DNA of 60,204 nt, counting the filler. It is 4 parts of 4 records of this genome, joined end to end, with 100 filler letters (N's around TTAATTAATTAA, not from the genome) between each part and the next. Parts side by side here need not be neighbours in the genome. Positions count along the whole stretch, not along the records: positions 1 to 20,965 come from SRR31156797_3539; 3 more parts are not named here. One strand, 5' to 3'. The translations under genes and the position numbers were made by a program. Of the stretch, positions 1 through 11,034 are shown piece by piece. Below the pieces are notes generated by a model. It was not told the DNA's origin and ran no database searches. It saw only the letters and a list, made by a program, of their open reading frames with translations. Positions within the stretch are counted from its first letter, which is position 1. Each line of letters begins with the position of its first letter.

Positions 1-1566
<1,566 letters not shown>

Positions 1567-1675
1567 TTATTTTTGTGAACATTACCTTTGATATATTACA
1601 TGTTTCACTTATACATGTCAATAATTTTTGCTTACAATATTGATTTTAAGTAAAATATCAAATACTAAAACATAA

Positions 1676-1707
1676 AAAATGAGATTACTCTTGAATAATC
1701 TCATTTT
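1676..1707 (-). terminator. Intrinsic terminator downstream of the solute-binding protein gene
   Basis: 12-bp stem AAAATGAGATTA/TAATCTCATTTT followed by T residues on the minus strand. Confidence 0.6.
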
Positions 1708-1720
1708 ATTAATAATTAAT

Positions 1721-3274
1721 TTACTTAATATCCAATACCATTGCCCTTTGCAGCACCTCCTTAGATGCTCGGGAAACGTTGAATGTATTATAGCAGTAAT
1801 CAACAAACTCATCCCATTCCTCGTCAAATCCCGAGGAAGTCATTATCAGCTTGTAGAATTCTTCATTAGCTACCTGTTCAATATTGAGCAAGCATAACTC
1901 AGGTGTTATCATACCATTTGTAAATAACTCTGTCTCATAGCTGTATGGCCAAACATCATACCACAGTGTCTCAATGCATTGCTTTTGAAATTCACTTACA
2001 GGAATTGTTGTTGTTACCAAATCCAGATTCCAGCTTGCCAGATTCTCAATTGGCTTAAGCGATACATTCTTCTCACTAAAAAACTGTGTATCTCCCTCAC
2101 TCTGGCTGATAGGAGTGATTGTATCTCCGACAAACATATAGTCAATATTCTCTTCACCATACTGCATATACATTCTGCCTTCCTCACTATAAAGCCAGCC
2201 GAAGAGCTTAGCAATCTTTTCTAGCTTATCATCATCAACCTTGCTGGAAATCAAGCTGACAGTATCAAAAGACTCAACCTCATTATAATGGTACCCGTCA
2301 GGTGCAGTATATACTGGTATTATCCCGACTGTATTACTAATAATTGATGTATTAGAACTCTCCCATTTATCTTCAATATCATTAACTTCCTCAGGATATA
2401 TACTGATAAGAATTGAACCAGCTCTGCCGCTGCAAAATGCATCCAGTGCTTCATCCTTGGTATTTGAAGTGAAGTTAGGGTCTATTAGTCCCTCTTTATA
2501 TAGCTGTGAAGCCCATGCAATAGCTGTCTTTGCCTTACTGCTAAGCATTCCTGGCTTCCACTCACCATCTTCAAATTCCCATTCACGAATTCCAAACTTC
2601 TGCAAAAACAAAGTATTAATGAAGTCATAGCCTCCGTAACCTGTCACACCAAATGTATCCTTCTTATTATTTGTATCAGGGTCATTTGCAGTAAAAGCTC
2701 TAATCATCTCGGTGTAGTCAAAAAAATGCACATCAGCAGGCAAAGTGGTCCTAGTTGTCTCAGCCCAATCTTTTCTGTACAATATTACACTTGAAGCACC
2801 ATGAGTCTGATTATATGTCTGATAAGTTCTTGGAATAAAATACATCTTTTCATCTATGCCGTAAATATCCTCGTACCAGCTTATTACACGGGATAGATTG
2901 TCTTCCTTAGTCCATATGCTCTTTGGAATATCTCGTATTAGCCCAACATCAAGAAGCTGTTTATATTGTATAGTTTCTGTCTCAATGTCATGATAAAAAA
3001 CATCAGGTAAGTTATTTGTATTAATCAAATTCTGGATTTCATCGTAGTATGTTTCTTCTGAGAAGACTAATAATTCCAATTCTATTCCAAACTCTGTTTT
3101 TATCTTTTCACTTATTCTTTGGGTTGTATCATTGCCACCATCAGTAATAGGCTCACCAATCATAGCCACGGTGACAGTATCTATATTCTTTGAAGTTGTA
3201 TTATTATCTGTGGATTTACTGCAGCCTGATAATAATAGAGTAAATATCACAATTATTGCAATAGCTTTTTTCAC
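1721..3274 (-). CDS. Extracellular solute-binding lipoprotein (family 1, carbohydrate ABC-type, LplA-like)
   Basis: Lipobox LLSGC; motifs LPDVF, YFIP, YRKDW, DPDTNNKKDTFG, YKEGLIDP, YGEENIDY. Confidence 0.85.
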   Translation of the reverse strand: MKKAIAIIVIFTLLLSGCSKSTDNNTTSKNIDTVTVAMIGEPITDGGNDTTQRISEKIKTEFGIELELLVFSEETYYDEIQNLINTNNLPDVFYHDIETETIQYKQLLDVGLIRDIPKSIWTKEDNLSRVISWYEDIYGIDEKMYFIPRTYQTYNQTHGASSVILYRKDWAETTRTTLPADVHFFDYTEMIRAFTANDPDTNNKKDTFGVTGYGGYDFINTLFLQKFGIREWEFEDGEWKPGMLSSKAKTAIAWASQLYKEGLIDPNFTSNTKDEALDAFCSGRAGSILISIYPEEVNDIEDKWESSNTSIISNTVGIIPVYTAPDGYHYNEVESFDTVSLISSKVDDDKLEKIAKLFGWLYSEEGRMYMQYGEENIDYMFVGDTITPISQSEGDTQFFSEKNVSLKPIENLASWNLDLVTTTIPVSEFQKQCIETLWYDVWPYSYETELFTNGMITPELCLLNIEQVANEEFYKLIMTSSGFDEEWDEFVDYCYNTFNVSRASKEVLQRAMVLDIK

Positions 3275-3310
3275 TATATCTTTATCCTTTCTAAAGTGAC
3301 TTACTAATCT

Positions 3311-3339
3311 ATTTTATCTACATAGATATATTGTGTCAA
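3311..3339 (-). promoter_or_regulatory. Sigma-A promoter of the solute-binding protein gene
   Basis: Minus strand TTGACA (3339-3334), 17 bp, TAAAAT (3316-3311). Confidence 0.65.
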
Positions 3340-3405
3340 CTTCCACAGTAAGTCAGATTATTGCATTTTTTCACCACTTTTGTTTAATTCTCTTAATATT
3401 AGTAA

Positions 3406-4080
3406 TTATGTGTGATTGTTTATTAGGTTTTCATTGATTACTATGTCAAATTTACATCCTAATAGTTCTGCCGCTTTTTCACACATTGCCATTCTCGGTA
3501 AGAAAATCTCCAAAAACTCCATTACTGATGATGTAGAATCCATAGTCAGTTTATACTGAATTATTTTCTTTTTATTATCAACAAGCAGTACATTCTGCTT
3601 AATGGAGTAATTAACCCTGTCATGAATATCGTTGCTGTTGTATTGATTTCGTCTTACTCTTGTTCTGTGAGCATCACTTTTGTCAGCAATAATAAGCGCT
3701 GCTGACACAGGACTGACAGGCAGTCCAGTCTCTGCTTCATGATTACCTACTGCGGCTAGAATAATAGCTGTTTCCTCAATAGGAAAGCCTATTTCATTCA
3801 AAATTGAGTACAGCATTGAAGCACCATTTAACCCATGAAAATTTCTATTTATTGCATTGCCCACATCGTGTACCCATCCAGTAATAGCAGCAAGCTCTAC
3901 TGTTCTTTCATCATAACCTAAAGTTTTCATTATGTCTGCTGCAACCTTGCTTACATATCCAACATGACGCAGTCCATGTTCAGTATATCCCATTGATTCC
4001 AGAACTTCATTAGCAGTCCTTATCAATACTTTTATTTTTTCGTTTGACTTAACATCTTCTAGTGTAATTACCCTACTCAT
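3406..4080 (-). CDS. HD-domain metal-dependent phosphohydrolase
   Basis: EHGLRH...HDVGN...GNHE...ADKSD, the HD superfamily pattern. Confidence 0.85.
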   Translation of the reverse strand: MSRVITLEDVKSNEKIKVLIRTANEVLESMGYTEHGLRHVGYVSKVAADIMKTLGYDERTVELAAITGWVHDVGNAINRNFHGLNGASMLYSILNEIGFPIEETAIILAAVGNHEAETGLPVSPVSAALIIADKSDAHRTRVRRNQYNSNDIHDRVNYSIKQNVLLVDNKKKIIQYKLTMDSTSSVMEFLEIFLPRMAMCEKAAELLGCKFDIVINENLINNHT

Positions 4081-4123
4081 TCCAAATCTTACACCTTTCT
4101 AGTAATTTGTATTTTGTTTATTG

Positions 4124-4975
4124 TTATTGCTCAATATGCTTTAGTGATTCATAATAATTATCACCAGAAAAGTCTCTTTCGTGTTTTACTTCTTCTCCTA
4201 ATTCGTCAAGTGCTTGTTTTATTTCTAGATAGTCAATATAGCTGATTTCCTGCCAGTCAAGAGCTTCATTTAGTATATCTACTGCTCTATCATCATTATA
4301 TTTACCTAAATAAGCAGCATAGAGACCAGTGTTATTAGAATTAGTAATAAACATCTCCTTAAGGAAATCAAATACTCTGGAATCCCCAGGATAGTGTACT
4401 AAGATATCCGCATATCTTTCCTTTATAGCATCCTCTTTATCTTCTTTCAATATTTCAAATATCTTATCCAGAATTGCTTTATCGCCATATTCTAATTTTT
4501 CAACCAAAAGTATAGCTAATTCATTGTCAAGCTTGCTGTCTGAAAGCATATCCACATAAATATTATGCATAAAGCTATCATCTGATTCTGATAATAGATT
4601 CACTGCCAGCATCTTAATTTCTATAGCATCATCGTGTGAGAAACCAAAATCATCATTTACCAGATGAGCCAATTCTTCCTTAACATCCTCACCTGCTTCA
4701 GAAATACTATCTAGAAGCAAATCTGGTATAGTGACGTCTGATTTCTTGTATTCCAATAGAATATCTATCAGTTCCTTAGGATTGTCTACCCTTCCAAAGT
4801 AATCGATAGGGCATATCCCATCAATAAAATCGGCAGGAGTATTGAGCCAATTTGCATATACATCTATCACATCAGCTTCCATTTCAGCATGGTCTCCATA
4901 GTTTTTAGAGTTTTCTTCTATCCATTTCTCTATATATTCTCTGAATTCTTTGTCAAAATCAATTATCTTCACCAT
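4124..4975 (-). CDS. Hypothetical acidic helical (HEAT-like) protein
   Basis: 283-aa ORF whose start overlaps the upstream stop by 17 nt; no recognised motif. Confidence 0.7.
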   Translation of the reverse strand: MVKIIDFDKEFREYIEKWIEENSKNYGDHAEMEADVIDVYANWLNTPADFIDGICPIDYFGRVDNPKELIDILLEYKKSDVTIPDLLLDSISEAGEDVKEELAHLVNDDFGFSHDDAIEIKMLAVNLLSESDDSFMHNIYVDMLSDSKLDNELAILLVEKLEYGDKAILDKIFEILKEDKEDAIKERYADILVHYPGDSRVFDFLKEMFITNSNNTGLYAAYLGKYNDDRAVDILNEALDWQEISYIDYLEIKQALDELGEEVKHERDFSGDNYYESLKHIEQ

Positions 4976-6623
4976 CTATCAGCTCCTTATCTTTTTGTAT
5001 ACGCTTTATTGTTGCAATCAGTGATGCATATGACAAACTATATTCTTCAGCCAGTTCTCCTTTGTGGATATCATTGCCTATCTCTTCGTTTGCTACACAT
5101 GATAGTGCAGCGGCCCATAGATCTGTATTGTTTATCTTTTTTTTATTGACTATATATCTGACGACTAACTTACTCCACAGCTTTGATATTACTTGTTTGA
5201 GATTATCGCTGTTTTCTGCCATTTCAAGAGCACGGCTTATTACTTCAACAAAAACCTTCTTTTGCTCTTCGTCAACTGTTACCACATTTACAGCTACATC
5301 TACCAATTGAAAATCTGTCATCATAAGATATGGTTCTTTTGCATTTAATCTGTTTAGGCTCGCTAGTATTTCATTCTTACTCTCATCTGATATATAATCA
5401 GTAAGCAATAGTTTTCTTAATATATGTTCTCTGTCTTCTCCTGCACATTTCATAATAATTTGCAGAAATTTAAGCTGCATATCTGTATTGCTTTCCTCAA
5501 TCCCCCAAAGTATTATGTTTCTGAATTCATCATACTCCCATAGCTTTTCATTTACTTCACCACCATTTTTACGAACCATCTGCTCAATATATGCCATCTT
5601 TTGAACAATAATATCTCCTGGAATCTGTTCAGTGTACTCTAACTTTTTAAAATCACTCTTCGCAACATTTTGTGCATTTTCCAGGTACCATGAATATATA
5701 TAGCTGTCTTTAACTATTTGCTTCATCATATACCATAGTTTTTCGGCCTTCAGATAACTGCCGGTATTATAATATGCAATGGCTAGATAATGATTTATCT
5801 TCTCACTGTAGGGATATAGCTGCTTAATCTTAGACAATGTATCAACAACTTCATCATCTAAATTCATAATACACAGCACATAACACACCCTAAACATATC
5901 AGAAGCGGAAGCATCCATTTTTTCAGCTACTTCCTTTATCATTTCTATGCCCTTATGTTCTTCACCATTTTTATATTTCGACAATGCTAATGTGCATTTT
6001 ATACTGTAATCATTAGGAAGTTTTTTCAGTACTTTTTCACAGATTTTAATAGACTCATCATATTCATTCTTAGAATATGCCATCAATGCCTTCATATTCT
6101 GTTCCTTACTCCAGATGTCAACATCCTCTTTCATCTGTGTAGCCGCAATATTTGTTATGTCTGATTTAGATGAATATATATGTCTTGGAAATATGCTCTC
6201 TTCCTCTATAGCAAGCTCCATCATATTATCTATACTATCTAAATAGTAGTATACCATATCTGAGTAATTAGCTTCATCTTCCTCATGCATATATCTCTCA
6301 AACATATTTAAAGCTTTTACATAGAAACCCAGTTCATAGTAATTACAGCCAAGTATAAAGAAACATTTAGGTTTTATATCCTCTTCAATTAGGATAATAT
6401 TCAGCATTTCATCAATTGAGCGTTTATAATAGCCAATATCACTTAATAGCTCACACAATGTCAATCTGTATTCCGTATTTCTGGGATCTGAATCAATAGC
6501 CATATAAAGCATATTAATACCACGCACTATTTCCATATCTTCAATCAGCTTCTTTGCCCTATGATAATAATGCTTATGGTCTCTATTAAAATCTATTATA
6601 TTGCTGCCCATCATATTTTTCAT
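4959..6623 (-). CDS. Tetratricopeptide repeat protein
   Basis: TPR-like helices (FFILGCNYYELGFYVKALNMFERY; HYLAIAYYNTGSYLKAEKLW); ATGA overlap with hslO. Confidence 0.8.
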   Translation of the reverse strand: MKNMMGSNIIDFNRDHKHYYHRAKKLIEDMEIVRGINMLYMAIDSDPRNTEYRLTLCELLSDIGYYKRSIDEMLNIILIEEDIKPKCFFILGCNYYELGFYVKALNMFERYMHEEDEANYSDMVYYYLDSIDNMMELAIEEESIFPRHIYSSKSDITNIAATQMKEDVDIWSKEQNMKALMAYSKNEYDESIKICEKVLKKLPNDYSIKCTLALSKYKNGEEHKGIEMIKEVAEKMDASASDMFRVCYVLCIMNLDDEVVDTLSKIKQLYPYSEKINHYLAIAYYNTGSYLKAEKLWYMMKQIVKDSYIYSWYLENAQNVAKSDFKKLEYTEQIPGDIIVQKMAYIEQMVRKNGGEVNEKLWEYDEFRNIILWGIEESNTDMQLKFLQIIMKCAGEDREHILRKLLLTDYISDESKNEILASLNRLNAKEPYLMMTDFQLVDVAVNVVTVDEEQKKVFVEVISRALEMAENSDNLKQVISKLWSKLVVRYIVNKKKINNTDLWAAALSCVANEEIGNDIHKGELAEEYSLSYASLIATIKRIQKDKELIDGEDN

Positions 6624-7507
6624 TTCTTGCCTATCTTTATTATATTAAGTATATCATCTTTGCTATAGGAATATTCCTTGTTACAGAAATGACATGATAT
6701 TTTTGTCATTTCCTGTGTATTTGCCATATCCATCAGTTCATTCTCGCCCATGCTAAGGAGTACTTTTTCTATCTTTTCTTCAGTGCAGTCGCATCCATAG
6801 TATGGATAAGTAGTCTCTGAAATCTCTAAATCCATATCATAGAACAATGCACGCATAAATTCTTCAATTGAAAGAACCTCTAGCTGTTTACTTATGTCAC
6901 TCATTATCATAGAACGAAGTTCTAATTCATTTATTATACCATCATCACATTGAGGCAGTGCCTGCAGCATAATGCCTCCTGCTTTGGTAATCAAACCATC
7001 ATTATCAAATGATACACCAAGCGCAATAAGTGATGGTACCTGCTCAGACTGTAGATAATACAACGCTAAATCTTGTGCAATTTTTCCGTATTCTATTTCG
7101 CTCTGCCCTGTATAGGGCTGTCCAAACCCCATGTCTTTGATAACTGTAATTTTCCCATTAGTACCAACGAATTCCTTTGTATCCAAAGAACCATCACTGT
7201 TCTGAGCCGTTTCTGCTAAAGGATTGCTTGCATAAACCTTTACTAAACCTCTTTTAAAAGCTGAACAGATAAGGTTTCCGCCTGAGCCTCCTCCATTAAC
7301 AGTAATAGTCAGTACATCATTATCATTTTTTAAAGCTGCACCCATTAATGCACCTGCTGATAGCAATTGTCCCAGTACCACTGTAGCTGTATATGAAGTA
7401 TTATGCGTCAAACGCATTTCTTTTACCATCTTAGTTGAATCAATGGCAAAGAAACGTACCTGATGCTTTCCGATTGTACCTCGCAATAGTATGCCATTAT
7501 TATTCAT
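6620..7507 (-). CDS. hslO: Hsp33 redox-regulated chaperone
   Basis: YYLQSEQVPS, AGGIMLQALP, C-terminal zinc motif CDC...CHFC. Confidence 0.95.
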   Translation of the reverse strand: MNNNGILLRGTIGKHQVRFFAIDSTKMVKEMRLTHNTSYTATVVLGQLLSAGALMGAALKNDNDVLTITVNGGGSGGNLICSAFKRGLVKVYASNPLAETAQNSDGSLDTKEFVGTNGKITVIKDMGFGQPYTGQSEIEYGKIAQDLALYYLQSEQVPSLIALGVSFDNDGLITKAGGIMLQALPQCDDGIINELELRSMIMSDISKQLEVLSIEEFMRALFYDMDLEISETTYPYYGCDCTEEKIEKVLLSMGENELMDMANTQEMTKISCHFCNKEYSYSKDDILNIIKIGKK

Positions 7508-7529
7508 ATAGTACCTTTCTATACCGATA

Positions 7530-7557
7530 AAACCCCGCTGTTAAATAAGCGGGGTTT
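7530..7557 (-). terminator. Intrinsic terminator after the PrsA-like gene
   Basis: AAACCCCGCT-loop-AGCGGGGTTT stem. Confidence 0.75.
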
Positions 7558-7582
7558 AAAGTCAATAAATTATGGAGTAGTA

Positions 7583-8800
7583 TCAATCCAATATCTTGTC
7601 GTATTTTACATTGATATCAAGTGATTCTTTCCACTTAGTCAATTCCTCGCTAAAATATTCATTTTGCTTATCACTAAGCAAGCCATCATATAAATCATCA
7701 CTAACATTATCATAGTTTACAGCACCGCTTAGTTCATCACCATAATATTTAATGATATGATAGCCGTAATCTGATGCTACCGGCTCGGATATATCACCAA
7801 TTGAATCAAGTGCAAAAAGACCTTCAGCAAATTCTGAAACATACTGTTGTGTCTCCTCAATTACCAGATAGTAATCTTTGCTATCCATTCCAGTATCTTC
7901 GCCTAACTCTTCCATCAACTGAACGAAATCTTCACCTGCTATAGCTCTGTTGTATGCATCATCTGCCTGAGGTTTAATTGCCTCAAGAGCTTCCAACTTA
8001 GCTGCATCTGCTCCTTCAGTATCTCCGCTATCTGTTAATTCAGATATCTTTTCTGAATCTTCATCAGAAATCATAATTAAAATATGCTGAGCTTGACGCA
8101 CTCCCTCTGGTGTATAATATACTGTGTCAGTACCAGATGCTACAGATTCATATGACATAGTGCCTTCATCAAATCCAACCATCTGTGCTTCTACTTCTTC
8201 ATCATATTTTGCCTTAACTTCATCTTCTGATACTTCTATAGATGCAGTTGTTGTCTCGTATAGTTTATCTAATACCAACTGATCTGTATACTCATTAATT
8301 AATTCATCTTTGGTAATACCATAATTAACTAAGTAATCATCAATATTATCAGATGCAATTTGTTTTAATTGCTCTTCATCAGTATCTGCATACTCATCTT
8401 CCATTGATAATTCACTTTGGTACATAGAGATATAAGAATCAAGCAGTGAATTAACCTGTTCCAATACTTCTGCACTATCTTCGTCAGACAGTTCATATAA
8501 ACCTAATTCCTTTGCCTTGCAGACTTGTACTTTGTCATCAACAAGCTGATCTATTAATGCAGTAACTATGGTATCATAGTAACTGCCATAAGTAGAATCA
8601 TCTTTCCAATCAGATGAAACTTGTCCATACATTTCATACATACTAAAAATTTCTTGGAAATCACCCTTGGTTACTACTTCGTCTCCTACTTTTGCAATAA
8701 CCGTCTGCATATCACGTTCTTCATTGACTTCAATCATATTGCAGCCAGAAAATATTAAACCCATAACCAATAATACAGCTATGATCTTGTAATTCTTCAT
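7583..8800 (-). CDS. PrsA/SurA-like parvulin peptidyl-prolyl isomerase lipoprotein
   Basis: Lipobox FSGC; AQHILI, GEDF, EFAEGLFAL..GDISEPVASDYGYHIIK rotamase motif. Confidence 0.88.
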   Translation of the reverse strand: MKNYKIIAVLLVMGLIFSGCNMIEVNEERDMQTVIAKVGDEVVTKGDFQEIFSMYEMYGQVSSDWKDDSTYGSYYDTIVTALIDQLVDDKVQVCKAKELGLYELSDEDSAEVLEQVNSLLDSYISMYQSELSMEDEYADTDEEQLKQIASDNIDDYLVNYGITKDELINEYTDQLVLDKLYETTTASIEVSEDEVKAKYDEEVEAQMVGFDEGTMSYESVASGTDTVYYTPEGVRQAQHILIMISDEDSEKISELTDSGDTEGADAAKLEALEAIKPQADDAYNRAIAGEDFVQLMEELGEDTGMDSKDYYLVIEETQQYVSEFAEGLFALDSIGDISEPVASDYGYHIIKYYGDELSGAVNYDNVSDDLYDGLLSDKQNEYFSEELTKWKESLDINVKYDKILD

Positions 8801-8839
8801 TGTATCTTCCTTCCGTTTATCTTACTAAAAGCAATTGAC

Positions 8840-8868
8840 ATTATAACAAATAAAAATACATTTTGCAA
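8840..8868 (-). promoter_or_regulatory. Sigma-A promoter of the PrsA-like gene
   Basis: Minus strand TTGCAA, 17 bp, extended -10 TGnTATAAT. Confidence 0.6.
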
Positions 8869-8904
8869 TTAAATGTGATTCAATTCTTCTTGTACTCATT
8901 TTAA

Positions 8905-8933
8905 TTGACATTTATCTAATATATTATTATAAT
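8905..8933 (+). promoter_or_regulatory. Consensus sigma-A promoter
   Basis: TTGACA (8905-8910), 17 bp, TATAAT (8928-8933); GGAGG RBS before ATG 8976. Confidence 0.8.
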
Positions 8934-8975
8934 TACTTAAGTTATAAGTAAGAATTTTTCTTTTATGGAGGAAAC

Positions 8976-10544
8976 ATGAGAAATATAAAACTAAGCATTT
9001 CGGTGCTGGTTATAGTTGTACTGTTAGGCTCTGTTTTCATGCTCTCTGGATGCGTATTCAGCAAAGAGCCAGAAGCAACAGCAGTACCTACTGAAGACCC
9101 AAACGCAGTGCAGGTCACAGACTTAGGTAAATTCATAAGCGTGGTACCTGACGATGGTGATGCAGTAGACTATACAGCAGGCAACGAAATTGCAAAACAG
9201 AAGATTATAGAAACTATAATGACTGATAGAGGGGTCAAAATTGATTTTGAAGTGGTAGAGCTTCCTTTGGATAATTATTATAATGAATTTAACAATTTAC
9301 GAGCAGCTACAAACATTGACTCAATAACAGTTGATGAATCATTGTACAATGCTTTTATTAATACATCTGGATCTATTAAACCTCTAAACGATTTGCTTAC
9401 CTACTATGGAAGCAATTTACAGACAAATATTGAGCAGTATGCTTGGGATGAAGTAACTGAGAATGGTCAGATAATGGCTGTTCCAAGTATGAACTACCCA
9501 GAAGAAACCATTCTGGTTGGACGTGCTGATAAATTAGCCTATATTTACACAGAGCCAATCACTGACATTACACAGATTCAAGGTGCATGTAATGGTTTAA
9601 TTGCGCTTGGCATACAGAATCCTTTAGCTGTTACATGGGATCAATTAATAGATATCTTTGGTTCAACATATAGAATAATGCCCAATGACTATGGCATTAT
9701 AGACGGCGGCTTCTATATGCGTGAGCAATTAAATGAATTTAAGTACGATTTCTTGGGTGATATGAGAGAATACTATGAAAAAGGTTTCTTTCAAACTGAT
9801 TTATTTACAGCAACAGCTGAGGATATGAAGTCAAGATTTATGTCAGGAAATGCAGGTTTCTATGCAGCAGAATATGACAGCTTAATTGCAGACAGAGCAC
9901 AGCTTCGTCAGGCATTCCCGGAAGGCGAGCTTACAGTCTTACCTTTACCTGTAAGTCCAATAGTCAGAGACCCAGAGCTGTCTGCTGAAGACTTAGTTGA
10001 ATCAAGACTAATAGTCCTAGCTGATTCACAGCATAGTGAAGCACTAATGACATACTTAGACTGGTCATATTCTTCACAATTAAATCACACAATGCCTGAA
10101 CTTGGTGCATATGGTTCACAAATAATGTACAACTATACAATCAATGAATATGAGTATGTTGATGAGACCCAAGATTATTATAATAAGCCATATAACGGGT
10201 TGTATGAGCTTGGTTTGTCTACTGACAAGCTTTATTCACCAATAACCCACAGAGAATATACTTATGACTTTATGTCAATAAACTCATTGTTGACTCAATC
10301 ACACGAAGTTTTGATGGGTGACTATGATTATCAGCTGACTGTTGATTTGAATGAGACTGCACAGTCTGCATACGACCAGTATAAGTACAAGATAAATGAA
10401 GGTGTACAAAGATACGTAAGCGGTGAAATTGATTTTGACGATTATAAAAAGTATGAGTACGACTGTAGGGAAAGCGGGCTTATCGCTACTTTATCTCAGG
10501 AAATTGGTGTTCCTCTCATGTATCAATTAGGAATGTTTGACTAA
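8976..10544 (+). CDS. Divergent extracellular solute-binding lipoprotein
   Basis: Lipobox MLSGC; IKPLNDLL..YG.NL, NGQIMAVP, MREYYEKG, ALMTYLDW, typical of family-1 SBPs. Confidence 0.75.
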   Translation: MRNIKLSISVLVIVVLLGSVFMLSGCVFSKEPEATAVPTEDPNAVQVTDLGKFISVVPDDGDAVDYTAGNEIAKQKIIETIMTDRGVKIDFEVVELPLDNYYNEFNNLRAATNIDSITVDESLYNAFINTSGSIKPLNDLLTYYGSNLQTNIEQYAWDEVTENGQIMAVPSMNYPEETILVGRADKLAYIYTEPITDITQIQGACNGLIALGIQNPLAVTWDQLIDIFGSTYRIMPNDYGIIDGGFYMREQLNEFKYDFLGDMREYYEKGFFQTDLFTATAEDMKSRFMSGNAGFYAAEYDSLIADRAQLRQAFPEGELTVLPLPVSPIVRDPELSAEDLVESRLIVLADSQHSEALMTYLDWSYSSQLNHTMPELGAYGSQIMYNYTINEYEYVDETQDYYNKPYNGLYELGLSTDKLYSPITHREYTYDFMSINSLLTQSHEVLMGDYDYQLTVDLNETAQSAYDQYKYKINEGVQRYVSGEIDFDDYKKYEYDCRESGLIATLSQEIGVPLMYQLGMFD

Positions 10545-10576
10545 CAAAAAAATATAAATTACTTATGAAAATATTT

Positions 10577-10605
10577 ACCCAGCAGCGTTTGTTGCTGGGT
10601 TTTTT
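10577..10605 (+). terminator. Intrinsic terminator
   Basis: ACCCAGCAGC-GTTT-GTTGCTGGGT followed by TTTTT. Confidence 0.8.
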
Positions 10606-10627
10606 AATGTAACATTTTTCATTGTTC

Positions 10628-10690
10628 ACTACTTGACAATACCAAGTAGTAACGATATTATTATCTTACCTACTTGGCAATACAAAGTAG
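10628..10690 (+). promoter_or_regulatory. padR promoter with two palindromic operators
   Basis: TTGACA (10633-38), 17 bp, TATTAT (10656-61); ACTACTTG-N7-CAAGTAGT (10628-50) and CTACTTG-N7-AAAGTAG (10670-90). Confidence 0.75.
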
Positions 10691-10704
10691 AGGGGGGCTA
10701 ATGA

Positions 10705-11034
10705 ATGACACAAGCTACACAATTACTAAAGGGGGTATTAGAGGGTTGTACACTTACAATTTTATATAACGGCGAAATGTATGGCTACAAAATTGTAGAA
10801 GCATTGCGAAAATCCGGATTTAAAGATGTACAGGAAGCAACTGTCTATCCACTATTAACTCGACTAAATAAAAAAGAATTGTTGACGTACAGTAAACGTC
10901 CTTCAGAATTTGGTCCTCAAAGAAAATACTATAGATTGACTGACAAGGGAATAAATGAACTAGAAACATTCTATAAAAACTGGAACACTATTAATAAGAA
11001 CGTTACAAATATTATTAAGGAGTATAAACTATGA
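10705..11034 (+). CDS. PadR family transcriptional regulator
   Basis: QLLKGVLEGC, MYGY, TVYPLLTRL, GPQRKYYRLTDKG. Confidence 0.95.
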   Translation: MTQATQLLKGVLEGCTLTILYNGEMYGYKIVEALRKSGFKDVQEATVYPLLTRLNKKELLTYSKRPSEFGPQRKYYRLTDKGINELETFYKNWNTINKNVTNIIKEYKL

